Shown piece after piece: positions 1-12,900 of a stretch of DNA of 64,000 nucleotides. Each line of letters opens with the position of its first letter. Position 1 is the stretch's first letter. The position numbers and the translations under genes were made by a program. The stretch is from the NCBI GenBank assembly GCA_047967505.1, contig CM106538.1, one strand, 5' to 3'. The DNA is from Dipteris shenzhenensis. Taxonomy: Eukaryota. The notes beneath the pieces are model-generated. The model did no database searches, had not been told where the DNA came from, and saw nothing but the letters and a program-made list of their open reading frames with translations.

Positions 1-927
1 TTGGCCCCTATTTCCAGGGACTCCCTAGGCAGTGAGCTGGGCTCTCTGAAAACCAGCTAATCGACAACCAGTTTTTTTTTCATTGTATTGCTTGCACGAC
101 CAGTGCCACATGGATAGCTGATTTGTATTATTGGTTTTTTCTCAAGCATTAATAGAAAGCTCTTTTGAGGGGGGGGGGGGGGATTTTGCATTGTTTCTAG
201 GTGAGCCGCTCTCTTCAATCACGTACATGTTTGACGAATTACGGACAAGGCTTTTTCTGACCTCAACTTGTTGGAGACATTGTCGGAGACCACCAAGATT
301 TTGCTTAGGGAAACTCTCTACACTTAGGTGTGCACTTGGTCCTCCCTTGGTACCATGGTTTGTGCCTTTAGGGCATGAAGAGGATGCACCAATTCCCGAC
401 TATTTCCTCTCTCCCCCCTGCACTTGTTCCTAATCCACAGCAGCCCTTCGTCCTCTTTTTACTTCCCTTGCCCCCTTTTGAGTTCTCCTCTTCTTCCTTC
501 CCTTTCCCCCTGCCAGTTCTCCTCCTCTTCTCCCCCCTTACCCTATCCTTTAGCGAGCTCCTCTTGTTGCTTTGCATCTCCAACCCTGATTCTCCTCTTC
601 CCCTGTACCCTCCCCTCCCTTTTTTCTGGTCTGTGGGCTCTTCTCCTCCTCCTCTTTTTATGTGTCTTCAAGCCCTATGCCCAAGAAAATACATAATTTG
701 CATAAAGGGCTTGAGCAAAGGCCTTGATGGAGTTTTATGCCACTAGATAACTTCAAGTTTCCACAAAAACCCCTCTCCCTTTTCAAACTGGCTAAAGCCC
801 TCTCTTGCCATGGTCCTTTATTATAGTGATTAAATTTTTGTATTCTTGAGATTTTGTGGTATGATCAAATTGAAGAGAACTTTGCAAGCCTTACCACTAA
901 TTTCTCTTCTTTTTGTTTGAACATCAG

Positions 928-3900
928 CCTCATGATGCAACACCAGAAGAAATCAAGAAGGCGTACTATTCTTGTATGAAAGTCTGCCATCCCGACTTGG
1001 CTGGAGAAGATGCAGAAACTACATCATTCTGTATGTTTGTCAACGAAATTTATGAGGTATACCCAATTTTCATGTTTGCTAGTTTTGCATATAAGAAATT
1101 TGAGAACTTGTGTTGTACTTAACAAACTGTCCTTGTGTGAACTTAGGGTCTGTATCATGAACCAGTGGCTTGCCCCCCGTTCTGAATGTTAACTGCTTTT
1201 AGTCTAGCATATGCTAACAAATAAATTCTCTTCTTAGTGTGACATTGTAACCTTCTTGGTCTTTGGCTTTGCATGAGGTTTTTCTGCTGGGGTATTGGGC
1301 TAAATGCTATAGTTTGTGGAGATGCAGATTTTAAGCGATCCAGTGCAACGCATGGTTTATGATGAGATCAATGGGTATTCTCTGGTGTCTACAAATCCCT
1401 TTAAGGATACTTCCAAGCCAAAAGATCACGTTTTTGTTGACGAGTTTACATGCATAGGTAATTTGCATGAGTAATCACTGTACTCAAAGCAATATCCATT
1501 TTTGCATTAGACAGCCTTGACTGGTGTATTATGGTCATGAACTAACTTATCGCCATTTTGGAATCTTGGCTTAGCGGTGGGTGCAAACAGGTAAAAATTT
1601 TCTCACTTTGAAAGCTATTTGTACATGTACAGGCTGTAAAAACTGTGCAAACACTGCTCCAAAGACATTTGAGATTGAGGAAGATTTTGGAAGAGCACGT
1701 GCAGTATTCCAATGTGGGAGGGTCTCTGTTGTTCAACAAGCCATTGACACATGGTTAGCATTACTGCTCAAGAGCTGTGTACATCATGTGAACATTTTTC
1801 TGTTAGACTCCTTTTTTCTTTTCCATGCACTTTGTTTGATAATATCATTTTCATAGCTCTAGCTCACGCTGTTTGGATGACACTTGTAAGTTGCAGCAGA
1901 GAACCATCAGACACTTTTGGTCTAGATGTATAACTTAGAGAGGATGCAATGTGCTAAGCATTGCCATGTTCTTGTCGCAAGAGCACCACAACAAGCAGTA
2001 CAGACTCTAAAGCAATACCTTACAAGGCATTGGTTTCCTTCCTGGTAGTAACCGTCCATCAGCCCACTAGGTGTTCTGCTTTCTTGGTGGCCTGAAAGGA
2101 GTAGATAAATTTTGGAATTCTTTCTCAACAGGCCATAAATGTTACTGGCTACATTGACAGGTTCTCATTTTTAGGCTGTTTTGATTCCACGTCTGATTGC
2201 CATATCGTCATTCATCTCGCTTCTCTCAAGTGCTAGACTTTGTGATCACTAAGTTTGCCCTTCGTCTCCCCAAAGTGACTCAGGCCTGTGTGACTTTAGC
2301 AGTTACTCTCTAGAACACAAATGGGAGAGCCTATGGCACACCAGGTGCAACTTCTGGGAGATGTTCCAAGCAATGGATCTGGTGGTCTACACAGACTCGC
2401 TTTAGAGCCCCAAACTCACAGTCTATGGATACACCTGGTTGTCAATCCACAACACAGAGACACTTACAGATGGGATGGGAGTAGGATGAGTGGTGGTCTT
2501 TGTTGTACATCACAGTCCGGAGTCCAAATGAGCATGCCAGATACAGGTGGATCCACCTTAGGAGGTGTTCTACTGGGGATGTGTTTTCTCCCTTCAAATA
2601 GACTTCTATAAGTATGAAAGAAACAGCTGAGAGAAGAAACCCAAGGCAAAGATATATCACACAAAGCATGAAGACCCCATGGCAAAATACAGTCACATAA
2701 TGTGAACGATTGAAAACTTGATAAGAACCAAGACTGCAAGGTCTCCCAAGCCACTTTGGCTCTTGTATTTGTGGACCCATCAAGTCTGCTCAAAGAAAGT
2801 TCATGATAGGTCTCTTAATCTGAGAAAGGCATCTCCTAGAGTGGCACCAACATGAGCAAACAAACAAAGTGGCGATCACAAAAGCGTGCTTGACAACTAC
2901 CACTCTAGAGGCAAGATCCAACCTGGATGTACTGCAACAAAAGAGGAGTTTTCTCCTAATAGTCTCCATCATGGGAGCAAAATGCTGAGATGAAGAAATA
3001 TCTATGCCAACCTGACAGCCCAAATATCTAATTGAAAGACCTCTCTGGATCCAAGTGAAGTCAAAATCAAGCCCCTAGGTAGGAGAATTGTCATCACTTA
3101 TCCACAAGCCGTTGTATTTATGCCAATTAATCTGTACCCCTCTACAAGGCAAAATAAATCCAAAGCTGACCTGAAAGTGCCCTTGACCCAATATATGTGA
3201 GTCACTTAGCCAGAGAGCTTCCGACCTACTGGGGGATGATATAACCTCGCCCACGCCTTCGTTGCCACCAGATCCTTCCCTACGACCCCATCCACACAGG
3301 TCCATGATGGGAAGATGCCTCAAAACCCTAGGTTTGATGATGAGTGCAGAGAGGTGTGAGCCCATCTCACACGGGAACGAGCCTTGGGTCCGTTGACTTC
3401 ATTTGAGGCACAACGGATCTTTCGACAGCTGACACGTTGCAAGAGACGAGCCTTCCTCACACAAAGGATGGATGAGATTATCATATCATTTCGAGGAGGA
3501 GACCCAACCACTGGATGGGGGATTCTCTTGGAGGGGAAGCCACCCATTCCCATCACTGATCCGGGGGTGGGGCATACTTATGCATGCTCTTTATATGATG
3601 TTATGATGCAGGCATCATCGGATATGTCCTCTATGCCTAGGCCCACTACCAGTCACTCGTTCACTACACAAAATGTACGTGCTACACTTCGTCGGCTACA
3701 CAACTAGAAAGAAAAGGATCATGAGGGTCTACGGACTGAGCATTTCGCACATGGGTAGGAGGTTTTAGACCTAGTTCTAGCATAGATGTTCAACCACATT
3801 GTATGCCATGGCTTCCCACTAGCTTAGAGCACCACCACTATTGTACCAATACACAAGGCAGGAGACCCCATGGATATTGGGAACTACTGCCCTCTCATGA

Positions 3901-6900
3901 TTGGCCACACATTGGCCAAGATTTATGGATTTGTATTAGAGAGGGAGATCAGCAGTCATACAGAGGCACATGGACAGCAGGCACTAGGGTAGGCAGGATT
4001 ATAGAGGCAACATTCTACTCTAGATCACATCTTCACTTCGAGGGCTATCATTAAGGAGGTGAAGTCTAGACACCAAAAAGTCTACGCTTTATTTGTAGAC
4101 TTTCGAAAGGCTTTCGACAGTGTCCCGCGATCCCGCATGATGAGGACACTACTGGAGATGCAGATCCCAGAGGCTTTGATTTGGGGTGTGATGAGTCTAT
4201 TAGAGGGAGTGTCGTGCGCCAGGTGGTTTGGCGGGGTTGAGAGCACGATAGGGTGAAGTAGGGCTGCCCCCTCTCGCCGACCCTTTTCAAACTCCACATT
4301 GATGAGATCACATCTTTCATAGACCGCCTAGGGAGTGAAGGGTCACTCCTGATTGACCTCATGATATAGATATTGTTATACGCTGATGACATAGTCCTCA
4401 TATCATCCTCAACAGAGGGGTTGCAGAGACACTTAGAGGCCCTAGAGATCTTCTGCACAGAGAGAGACCTGACAGTCAACCTTGGGAAGACCAAGGTGAT
4501 GATATTCAACACCTCATGTGTAGTGCTTCATCGATAGACTTCACTTACCGTGGTGAGCGAGTGGAGATAGTGTAGTCCTATACATACTTGGGACTAGTTT
4601 TCACAAGCCCCATCTTCACGATGTCTCATGCAGCCATGGCACTACTCACACGGGGAGTTGGCCTGCCAACTAGAGAGATAGTGTTTCCAGGCACACTTTC
4701 AGGATCCACTTATGAAGGGCTGGCTTTTCGACACTTTAGTGAGGCGACCGCCATGTATGCAACACCCTTCTGGGGGTGTGATATCTTTTTTTTTCCCCAA
4801 AAAGATTACTTCATGAAGTATGAATGAAAGCTGCAAGAGCAAGGTCAAATGGGGGAGTACATCGTGACATGCATGAAAGAAAAAACAGCTATAAAAGAGC
4901 TAGCAAAAATCCAAGGTGGAGGCTGAAAATGCCACCTCAACCCTCAAAAAGAGCTAACAAAAATCCAAGGTGCGGGTGCGATATCTTGAGGACAGAGTGG
5001 AGGAGATTTGAGTGGCTACAAGTGATTATGAGATCCAGGATGATTAGGAGTAAGCCCTCAATCCCACATGAGATATTATAGTCAGAATTCTCCATAACAC
5101 TTTCAAACAATGATCACTCTTAAGATTCATCCACCTTAGATTATATTACGTACGTCCTACGCACTACTGCAGATCACGGGAGTAGCACCATCTAAATTCC
5201 ACCCAGCCAATTCCTATTGAAGCGTAAGAACACACAGAGAAGTCGAAATCCTCGATCAGAATCCATAGGTGAAGCTCATCTTCTCTCTCTTACTTACCTC
5301 AACAGCCCCATCTCCCTAGATGGATCTAGATGCCACATGTCATCATGATAGGGCCTTTCCTAATGCATCTTTTCACCCCTCTCTTGGGATACATTTGATT
5401 TCCTTTGCCCCTAGGTACATTGCTTGCATTAGGCCCTTAGCCTTAGATCCACCTAGTCTGGTGCTATCAGCCCTCACCTAGGACCCTGATATTAATTCCC
5501 TCCCGATCATTTACATGAAGCGCAAATAAATATATTACAAACGTAGATCCTTAAGGGAAATGTCAACTGATTCTTCCGAGGTCATGCTACCTCGGCTAGA
5601 GCGTAACATTCCTTCCCTCTTTAGACATCAGCGTCCTCGATGATGAAGTCTGGGAACACTCTCCGCAACTGGTATACGGATTCCCAGGTAGCTTCTGATA
5701 GAGGCTGACCATGCCATGCAACCAACACCATGGGTATCTTCCGATTGCGCACTTGCATTGTTCCTCGGTCCAGGATTCTTGTTGGTTTGCGTCTTGCATT
5801 CTCCTCTATCTCCTGAAACAAAACCACACCTTCGATTAGTGAGTCACCAGCATGCAAAATTTTTTTTAAACGAGAAACATGGAACACTGGATGCACCTTA
5901 CACCCCTGTGGCAATTCTAATTTATAGGCTACCTTGCCTATTCTCTTTAGAATTAACCACGGCTCACAGTATCGAGGTGATAACTTAGCACACTCTCTTG
6001 AAGTTAACGACTTCGAGTGCGAAGGAACTTTGAGAAAAACTTTTTCTCCTTCCTTAAATTCTCTTATAGACCAGTTTTCATCTGCATACGCCTTGGCTCT
6101 ATCCATAGCCTGGCGGATATTAGCTCTCGCAAGTGCTAGCATCTCCTGCATCTGAACCACAAAGTTCGCGGCACTAGGCACTTTCTGAGGTACTCCAACT
6201 ATAGTTGGATTCGCTGGTCTATAACCATAGTTCAGCTCAAACGGACTGAACCCTGTAGAGGAATGTTTTCTATCATTGTAGGCAAACTCTAACAATGGCA
6301 ACCACTTGTCCCATGTATGTTGCCTCAATGACACATATGCCATCAGCATATCCTTTAAAATCTGGTTGACTCTCTCCATCTGACCATCCGTTTCAGGATG
6401 ATCCCCACTACTCATTCCCAACTCAGTCCTTAGTGTCTCAAATATCGCTGTCCAAAAATGATTAGTAAATTTGACATCTCTGTCTGACACTATGGATCTA
6501 GGCAATCTGTGTAGATGAAATATATGGCTAATAAACAATCAGCCACTTGCGGGGCACTAACAGACTCTCTAGTCGGAATGAAGTGAGCCATCTTGGTTAG
6601 ACGATCAACCACCACAAGGATAGAATCATACCCTCCTTGTGTTGTAGGCAGCCCTACAATAAAGTCCATGGAAATGCTCTCCCACTTACTTAGTGGTATC
6701 TCCAAGGGCTGTAAAAGTCCGGGTGGCTTCACCCGCTCGGCCTTGCTTACCTGACACGAAAAACACCGTGTCACATATTCATGAATATGCTTTTTCATCT
6801 TTGGCCAAAAGAAATCTCGCTTCACGAGATCATATGTATCCTCGACTCCTGGATGTCCCACACATGGGCTATCATGGCATTGTCGAATGACTCTCTGCTT

Positions 6901-9900
6901 GAGATCATTCTGACTAGGTACTACAACCTTGCCATTTCTTTTCAGCATACCATTCCTTATGGTATATCTTGCATATGTTTGGCCTTTTCTGGATGCTAGG
7001 TCATCCTTTTCTTCCCCGGGTCTAAACACATGAGCTTTAGGCCATAAGCTCTAGACAAACTCGTCCATCTTTTGAGTTTCTTTAATCTCGGTCATTAGAG
7101 CACTCTCTAATACCGTAAAACTCATATTGTGCATAATGCGAGACAACGCATCAGCAACCTAATTATCCTTCCCTCTTCGGTACCGAATCATCAAATCAAA
7201 CTCCTGCATGAGCTCTGCCCACCTAGCTTGGCGGCCCCTCAAGTCAGGCGGTTTACAAAAATGTTTCAGAGTATCATGATCTACATCCACATAAAACTCT
7301 AAACCATACAAATAATGCCTCCATGTTTTCAAAGCATGGATAACAGCATACAACTCCAATTCATGAGTTGGCCAATTTCGCTGAGAGGGAGAAAGCTTCT
7401 TGCTTTCAAAGCCTACTGGCCTTCCCTCTTGAAGAAGAACTGCTCCTACCACAATGCCACTTGCATCGGTTTCTAGGAACAATGGTTTTTGGGGATCAAC
7501 TATTTTTAACACCGGTCCTCTGACCACAGCTTGTTTTATGGTGTTAAAACTTTCTTGTTGATTCCGTCCCCATATAAAAGGTACTTTATCTAAGGTCAGA
7601 TCAGTCAATGGCGATACTATTTTGGAATATCCTTAGATATGCTTTCTATAAAATTGGACAAATCCCAAGAATGATCGCAAAGCGGTCAAACTCTAAGGGA
7701 TTGGCCAAGTCAGTATCGCAGCCACTTTCTTTGGGTCCATTTCTACCCCCTTTGGAGTAATTATGAATCCTAAATATTCAAGCCTAACCATACACAGTAT
7801 AGTTTTCTTTTTATTTACATAAAGACTGGCTTTCCTCAAAGTACTAAACACTATTCTTAAGTGTTCCTGATGCTCAGTTATACTTTTACTGAATACCAGA
7901 ATATTATCAATAAATGTACTACAAACTTTCCGATTCACGGACGTAGTAAATCGTTCATAAGCATGACGAATGTAGCTGGAGCATTGGTAAGTCCGAAGGG
8001 CATTACCAAAAACTCAGAATGACCAAACCTACTTCTGAAAGCAGTTTTATGCACATCCTCGGCTCTAATCTGGATCTGATGGTAGCCACACTTAAGATCT
8101 ATCTTGCTGAAAATCATGGCTCCATGTAATGCATCTAGCAAATCATCAATCCGAGCCATCGGATACCTGTGCTTAACAGTGATATTATTCAATGCTCTGT
8201 AATCTATACAGAGGCGAAACGTATCATCCTTTTTTTTCTTTAATATCACTGGTGAAGCAAAAGGTGAGAAACTTGGTTGAATTTGCCCCAACTTGAGGTA
8301 TTCTTCTAGTTGCCTTTGCACCTCCGCTTCTTTGGTAAAACTCATTCGATAGGGAGGTCTATTTACAGGTTCTGCCCCCGCGATTAGTTCAATCTTGTGC
8401 TGAACATTCCGCTCTGGAGATAACCCATAAGGTAGCTCATCCCTAAAACAGTTAGAGAACTCCTCTGCTGTAAGATCAGCCAGCTTGGCCATTTCACCAC
8501 TTTGCGCAACATCAATGCTAGCCGAAGAATCATCAACCGGCTCTACCGATGCTGTACAAAGGAATTAAAACTCTTATTAAGCTTTTCGGATCTCCATCAC
8601 GGAAACCAACGGTCCCTGAGGTACATCTTTCTCACCTCGTAAGACATAAAGCACATCATTCATCATGAATTGATGTACGTGCTTTTTTCAATCAATGGCT
8701 GGATTCTTCCTAGAATGCCACACCTTACCCAGGGCTATATCTGCATGAGCTTACCCAGGACTATATCTGCATGAGCAAGCTTAGTCGTTTCAAAATCAAG
8801 CTTCTCAACATAGTCCTGAATACGAAGCTCCAACTGGGCAACCCTTTGGTCCCATACTTCAGTTGAACTTCCATCTGCCATCCTGACTGTATATGCATAG
8901 TCAGATGGGCTAGTCTTTAACTTCAACCTCTTCACGAGCTTGGAGTTAATTACATTGTGAGTTGACGCCGAGTCAAACAACACAATGACATCATGATTGG
9001 CCACTTGTCCTTTCATCTTAATTAACTCCGTATCATTAAAGACTGTATACCCCGTTGCTGCGGGCTTAGATAGGATGTTATCAGGTGCACTTGTTACTAG
9101 CCTAGCAACAGACACGCATAACAAACAAGGTACTAACCTCTGAGAAGATCCCGCTAGCTGAATCTGCATCTGTTCCGCTCTAGGATTTCCCTCCATTTCC
9201 ACGTCGCATTCTGAGACTACCATCTCAGCCACCTGACGATCCTTATTTCGTGGACAATCTTTCCATTGATGAGGCTGAAGGCAACCAAAACACATGCCTT
9301 CTCTCCTCGCTTTTTCTCTTTGCTCTAGGTTTAAGGGAGACTTTGACCAAGCTGCCATTGGGGTTACTTTTCTCTTCACTCTAATGGTGGTACTTGATTT
9401 AGGAGTTTCAGCTGGTTTCGCCTGCTTGGCTTGACCACTTGGCTGAGAACCACTCCCTTTACTAATCCACTTCTTCTTAAACCCAGATTTCTTCTGGTAT
9501 CCATACTGGGTTCCGACCTGCGCAAACCCACTTGGCCTGCTGCCCTTGGCATCTTCATAGTTCAGGGCTATGGCTATTGCATCATCCAACGTGTTCGCAT
9601 ACTTAGCCGGAACTTCCATTTTAATCCGATCATTCAATCCAAATATGAAATCTTTCACTTGGATTGATTGAGGTAGGGGTTCATCAACCTTCATTACGCT
9701 CTCTCGAAACTTATCAGTGTATTCTGCCACTGACAAATTTCTCTGACGAAGGTTTCTATACTGATCCCAAGCTCGTCAGAAGTGTTTCCTAAATTCTCTT
9801 TTAAACCCCTCCCAGGTAGTGGATGCAATACCATCTTTCTGTTGTTTAATCCACTACCGATCCGCTGTCTCACTAAACATGTGGGTGGCCTCGCGGATTT

Positions 9901-12900
9901 TCTTGATATCATTTTTGATTTCACAAATGGCGAACACCTCGTCCCATTTGTGTAACCAGGTCTCAATGACATCAGAACTACGGTCATTCATCCGACTAGA
10001 ATACTATTCCGGCCTTTAATTGGCAATATTAGGTACTTTAGCCTTCCTAGGCTCGACCGTATGAACACTAGACTCCGGTTCCATTGGAGCCTTTCCTTTC
10101 TCATCTTGAGAAGTTTTGGCAGACATACTGTGTATCACTCTTCTAAGTTTAGACTGCCCTGCATTTGCCTGTAACTATTGTGCTAATAACTGCCGCAAGG
10201 CATCCTCAAGTAATGCAATCCTGCCAGATAAGGTGTGAACAACTGGGCGCGACACCTGCTGAGTCGGTTGGACTCCTGACTCTACAGGGTCCATCCTGGA
10301 AGCTCCTTCTTCTACTTCCATTCAGGTCAATGAGTGTTTTGTTTTATTTTGTGTCAAAAAAAAATAAAAATAAATAAATACCGCTAGAAACTGTAATTAC
10401 AAGCTGACAAAATTCTAACACAATTCCCAATACTAGGGAATACCTGCAATCCCATATGCACAGTGACTAGGCATTTGACACATGCATAACCCAAATACCG
10501 CTTTTCCCTATACTAGGAAAATTCCTGCAAATCAACTCTGACTGAAGCACACAGGCATATACACAAGCATAATCTGACCCTGCTTTGAATCACAAGCCTA
10601 CATACGGGCTGGCTATCCTTCCATGCAAGCTGAATATTCCACACAAGCTAAGTTCAGGAAAAAAAATGAAAATGACGAAAACAGGAGCAAATGATGTCGA
10701 AGGCCCCCTGGTCTGCTGTTCGCTCCTGCCACCCGATTTGATACTGTGCCAGATCATGACGCCGGATATCAACACTCGCAATATCTGCAACCCTTGGAGT
10801 CTTCACGTAGCGCAGATATCCCGCTTTCCTTATGAGCAACGATGCTACCAATCATGGAGCGGCTGAGTCATCCTAAATAGGAGCAGGGTTCCCGTAAGCA
10901 AGACGGACGTTCCTCCGTCGATGAAGTTTCGTAGATGAAGCAAATTCGAAACTCCCACTTTCGTTTCATCAATTTATAGGAAAGACAAACTCGCAGGCGT
11001 AGGCTAACCGCAGCCTCTTTGGAACTTAAGCTGCAAGGCCACAGAGCCGTCCGTCCATCGTCAGCCTACCCTAGGAGAGCTCGGTCCATGTGCTTTAACA
11101 ACTAAAACCCAAAAGTCCATGGAATTGTCCAAGTACTTACAATTTAACCCAATCACAAGCCTTCTTAAATGTAGAGAGGTGCTGCAATATACATGTGTGT
11201 CCCTTGAATGTAAGGGGATGGCCTTCTCAAAGATGAAAACGTTCTCCAAGGTGCTCCAACCTTGAACAAAGCTTGTCTTGGAGCATTGAATGATGTTAGA
11301 CACAAGAAGCTTAGATAGAACACTAGGAATTTAGCGACGCTTTTGTAGGCTATACAAAGAGCACAACAAATTTCCTATTACCCAAGTCACCATCATTTTA
11401 TCAAGACGTCTCCATAGGCCTATTGCTTTAGTTTTATATTAACAGCCTCAAAGTTTATGTCAAGAGCTGCTATCTTGCTCTTTCTTTGGAAACAGAGGAC
11501 TATTTCTTTTCTTGAATAGATTGGAGTTTTTCTGGATCAAAATATTTGATGCTGTAGTTGCATCACAAAATATGAATAAGTAAATGCTTTAAAAAGTGTA
11601 TTTGATGCTGTAGTTGCATCACAAAATATAAATAGGATAAATGCTTTAAAAAGTGTTTTTTGAAGTTTGTGATTGCCAAATATTCTTGAATCCCAAACGA
11701 TAAGTTTAAGTTGTATGCTTAGTTATTGTAGATCTCTGTTTTGGATTTGTCAAGCTGAATTTGTGATCTTTGTTGTATTTTGATGCAGCCCTGTCGATTG
11801 CATTCATTGGGTTTCTGCAGCTGAACTCTCTTTGCTAGAAGATGAAATGCGCAAAATGGAGCGTGTCAATGTGAGTGACTACTGAAATTTAATGATAGTG
11901 GTGTTTTATGAAACTTCTCTAAGGTGAGACGAATCGTTATAGTTCATCTATGAACGGAAATGCACAAGTATCATGCAATGCTGTCCCAAGTCTACTCAAA
12001 GAAAATCATGAAGACCCTTTTGAGAAGAATGCTCTCTTTTCATATGGAAAACCTCTCATAGTCCTGATTCATACACGTGCTGCCTACAATTCCTGCTTGC
12101 AGACCCAGTGCATTCACTGCCCGTTGAGAGACCGAATGTTGATAACAAGGCTTATGGACTCCCCCTACTGTCCTCGTACTAGGGTCTTCTCGCCTAGGTG
12201 ACTGTTGATTGATACCATCAGTAGACAGATATATTATCAATTTCAACACCAGTGTCAAACCGAGCACCGATTAGTTCCTTTACCTCTGTAGTAGTCAATT
12301 TTCTTCCAGGTGTGACAGGCCAAACAGACAAAACACTATACCAAATTATTATTTCTCCAAGTAAATAGCACATCAGGATTGCAAAAGTACACCATTTTGT
12401 CTCTCGTCCAGCTAAATTAGTCACAATCGCTAAAGAAGCAAGGTGCTACATCTCTACCTCTCAATTGCGTATCATACCGCTTGCAACCTACGAAATGTGG
12501 CCCTTCACTCGGCTAACTTTTGGGATTGTTGCCCTTGTGAGTACTATCTCTGCCAGATTGCCTACTGGCAAGCTTGATAATGGCAATGAACTTAGTCTAT
12601 GCATACATGCAGCTGAATTTTCATCCAAGCTGTAATGTAATGGTCTTGATTGTCATGACAATTATCTCAGCTAGAGAAACCTTACGTATCTTGGAATGTC
12701 TGCTTATGTAGGAAGGGCGAAGTAATGGAAATTTGACATCGGAATATGTGAGGTTAAAACCATGCGCTGTCTGCTAGAGGTAGAGGTAGGGGAGGAAGGT
12801 GGAGCAACAAATTGTCTTAATAGGTGGATTCTCAGGTCGTATAGGTGTGTTGTTAGGGGCTTGAGTGTGATGAGATTGGGTGGAGCGGGATCGGATGGAG

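Noticed and set aside
131-830. Overlapping ORFs at the window start as the missing DnaJ-Fer N-terminal exons
   Set aside because: Low-complexity CT-rich sequence with no transit-peptide or J-domain helix I (DYYxVLG) signature; treated as intron.
10835-10855. GATGCTACCA as the primer-binding site of the gypsy element
   Set aside because: The adjacent sequence does not match the 3' LTR, and I cannot match it to a specific tRNA 3' end.
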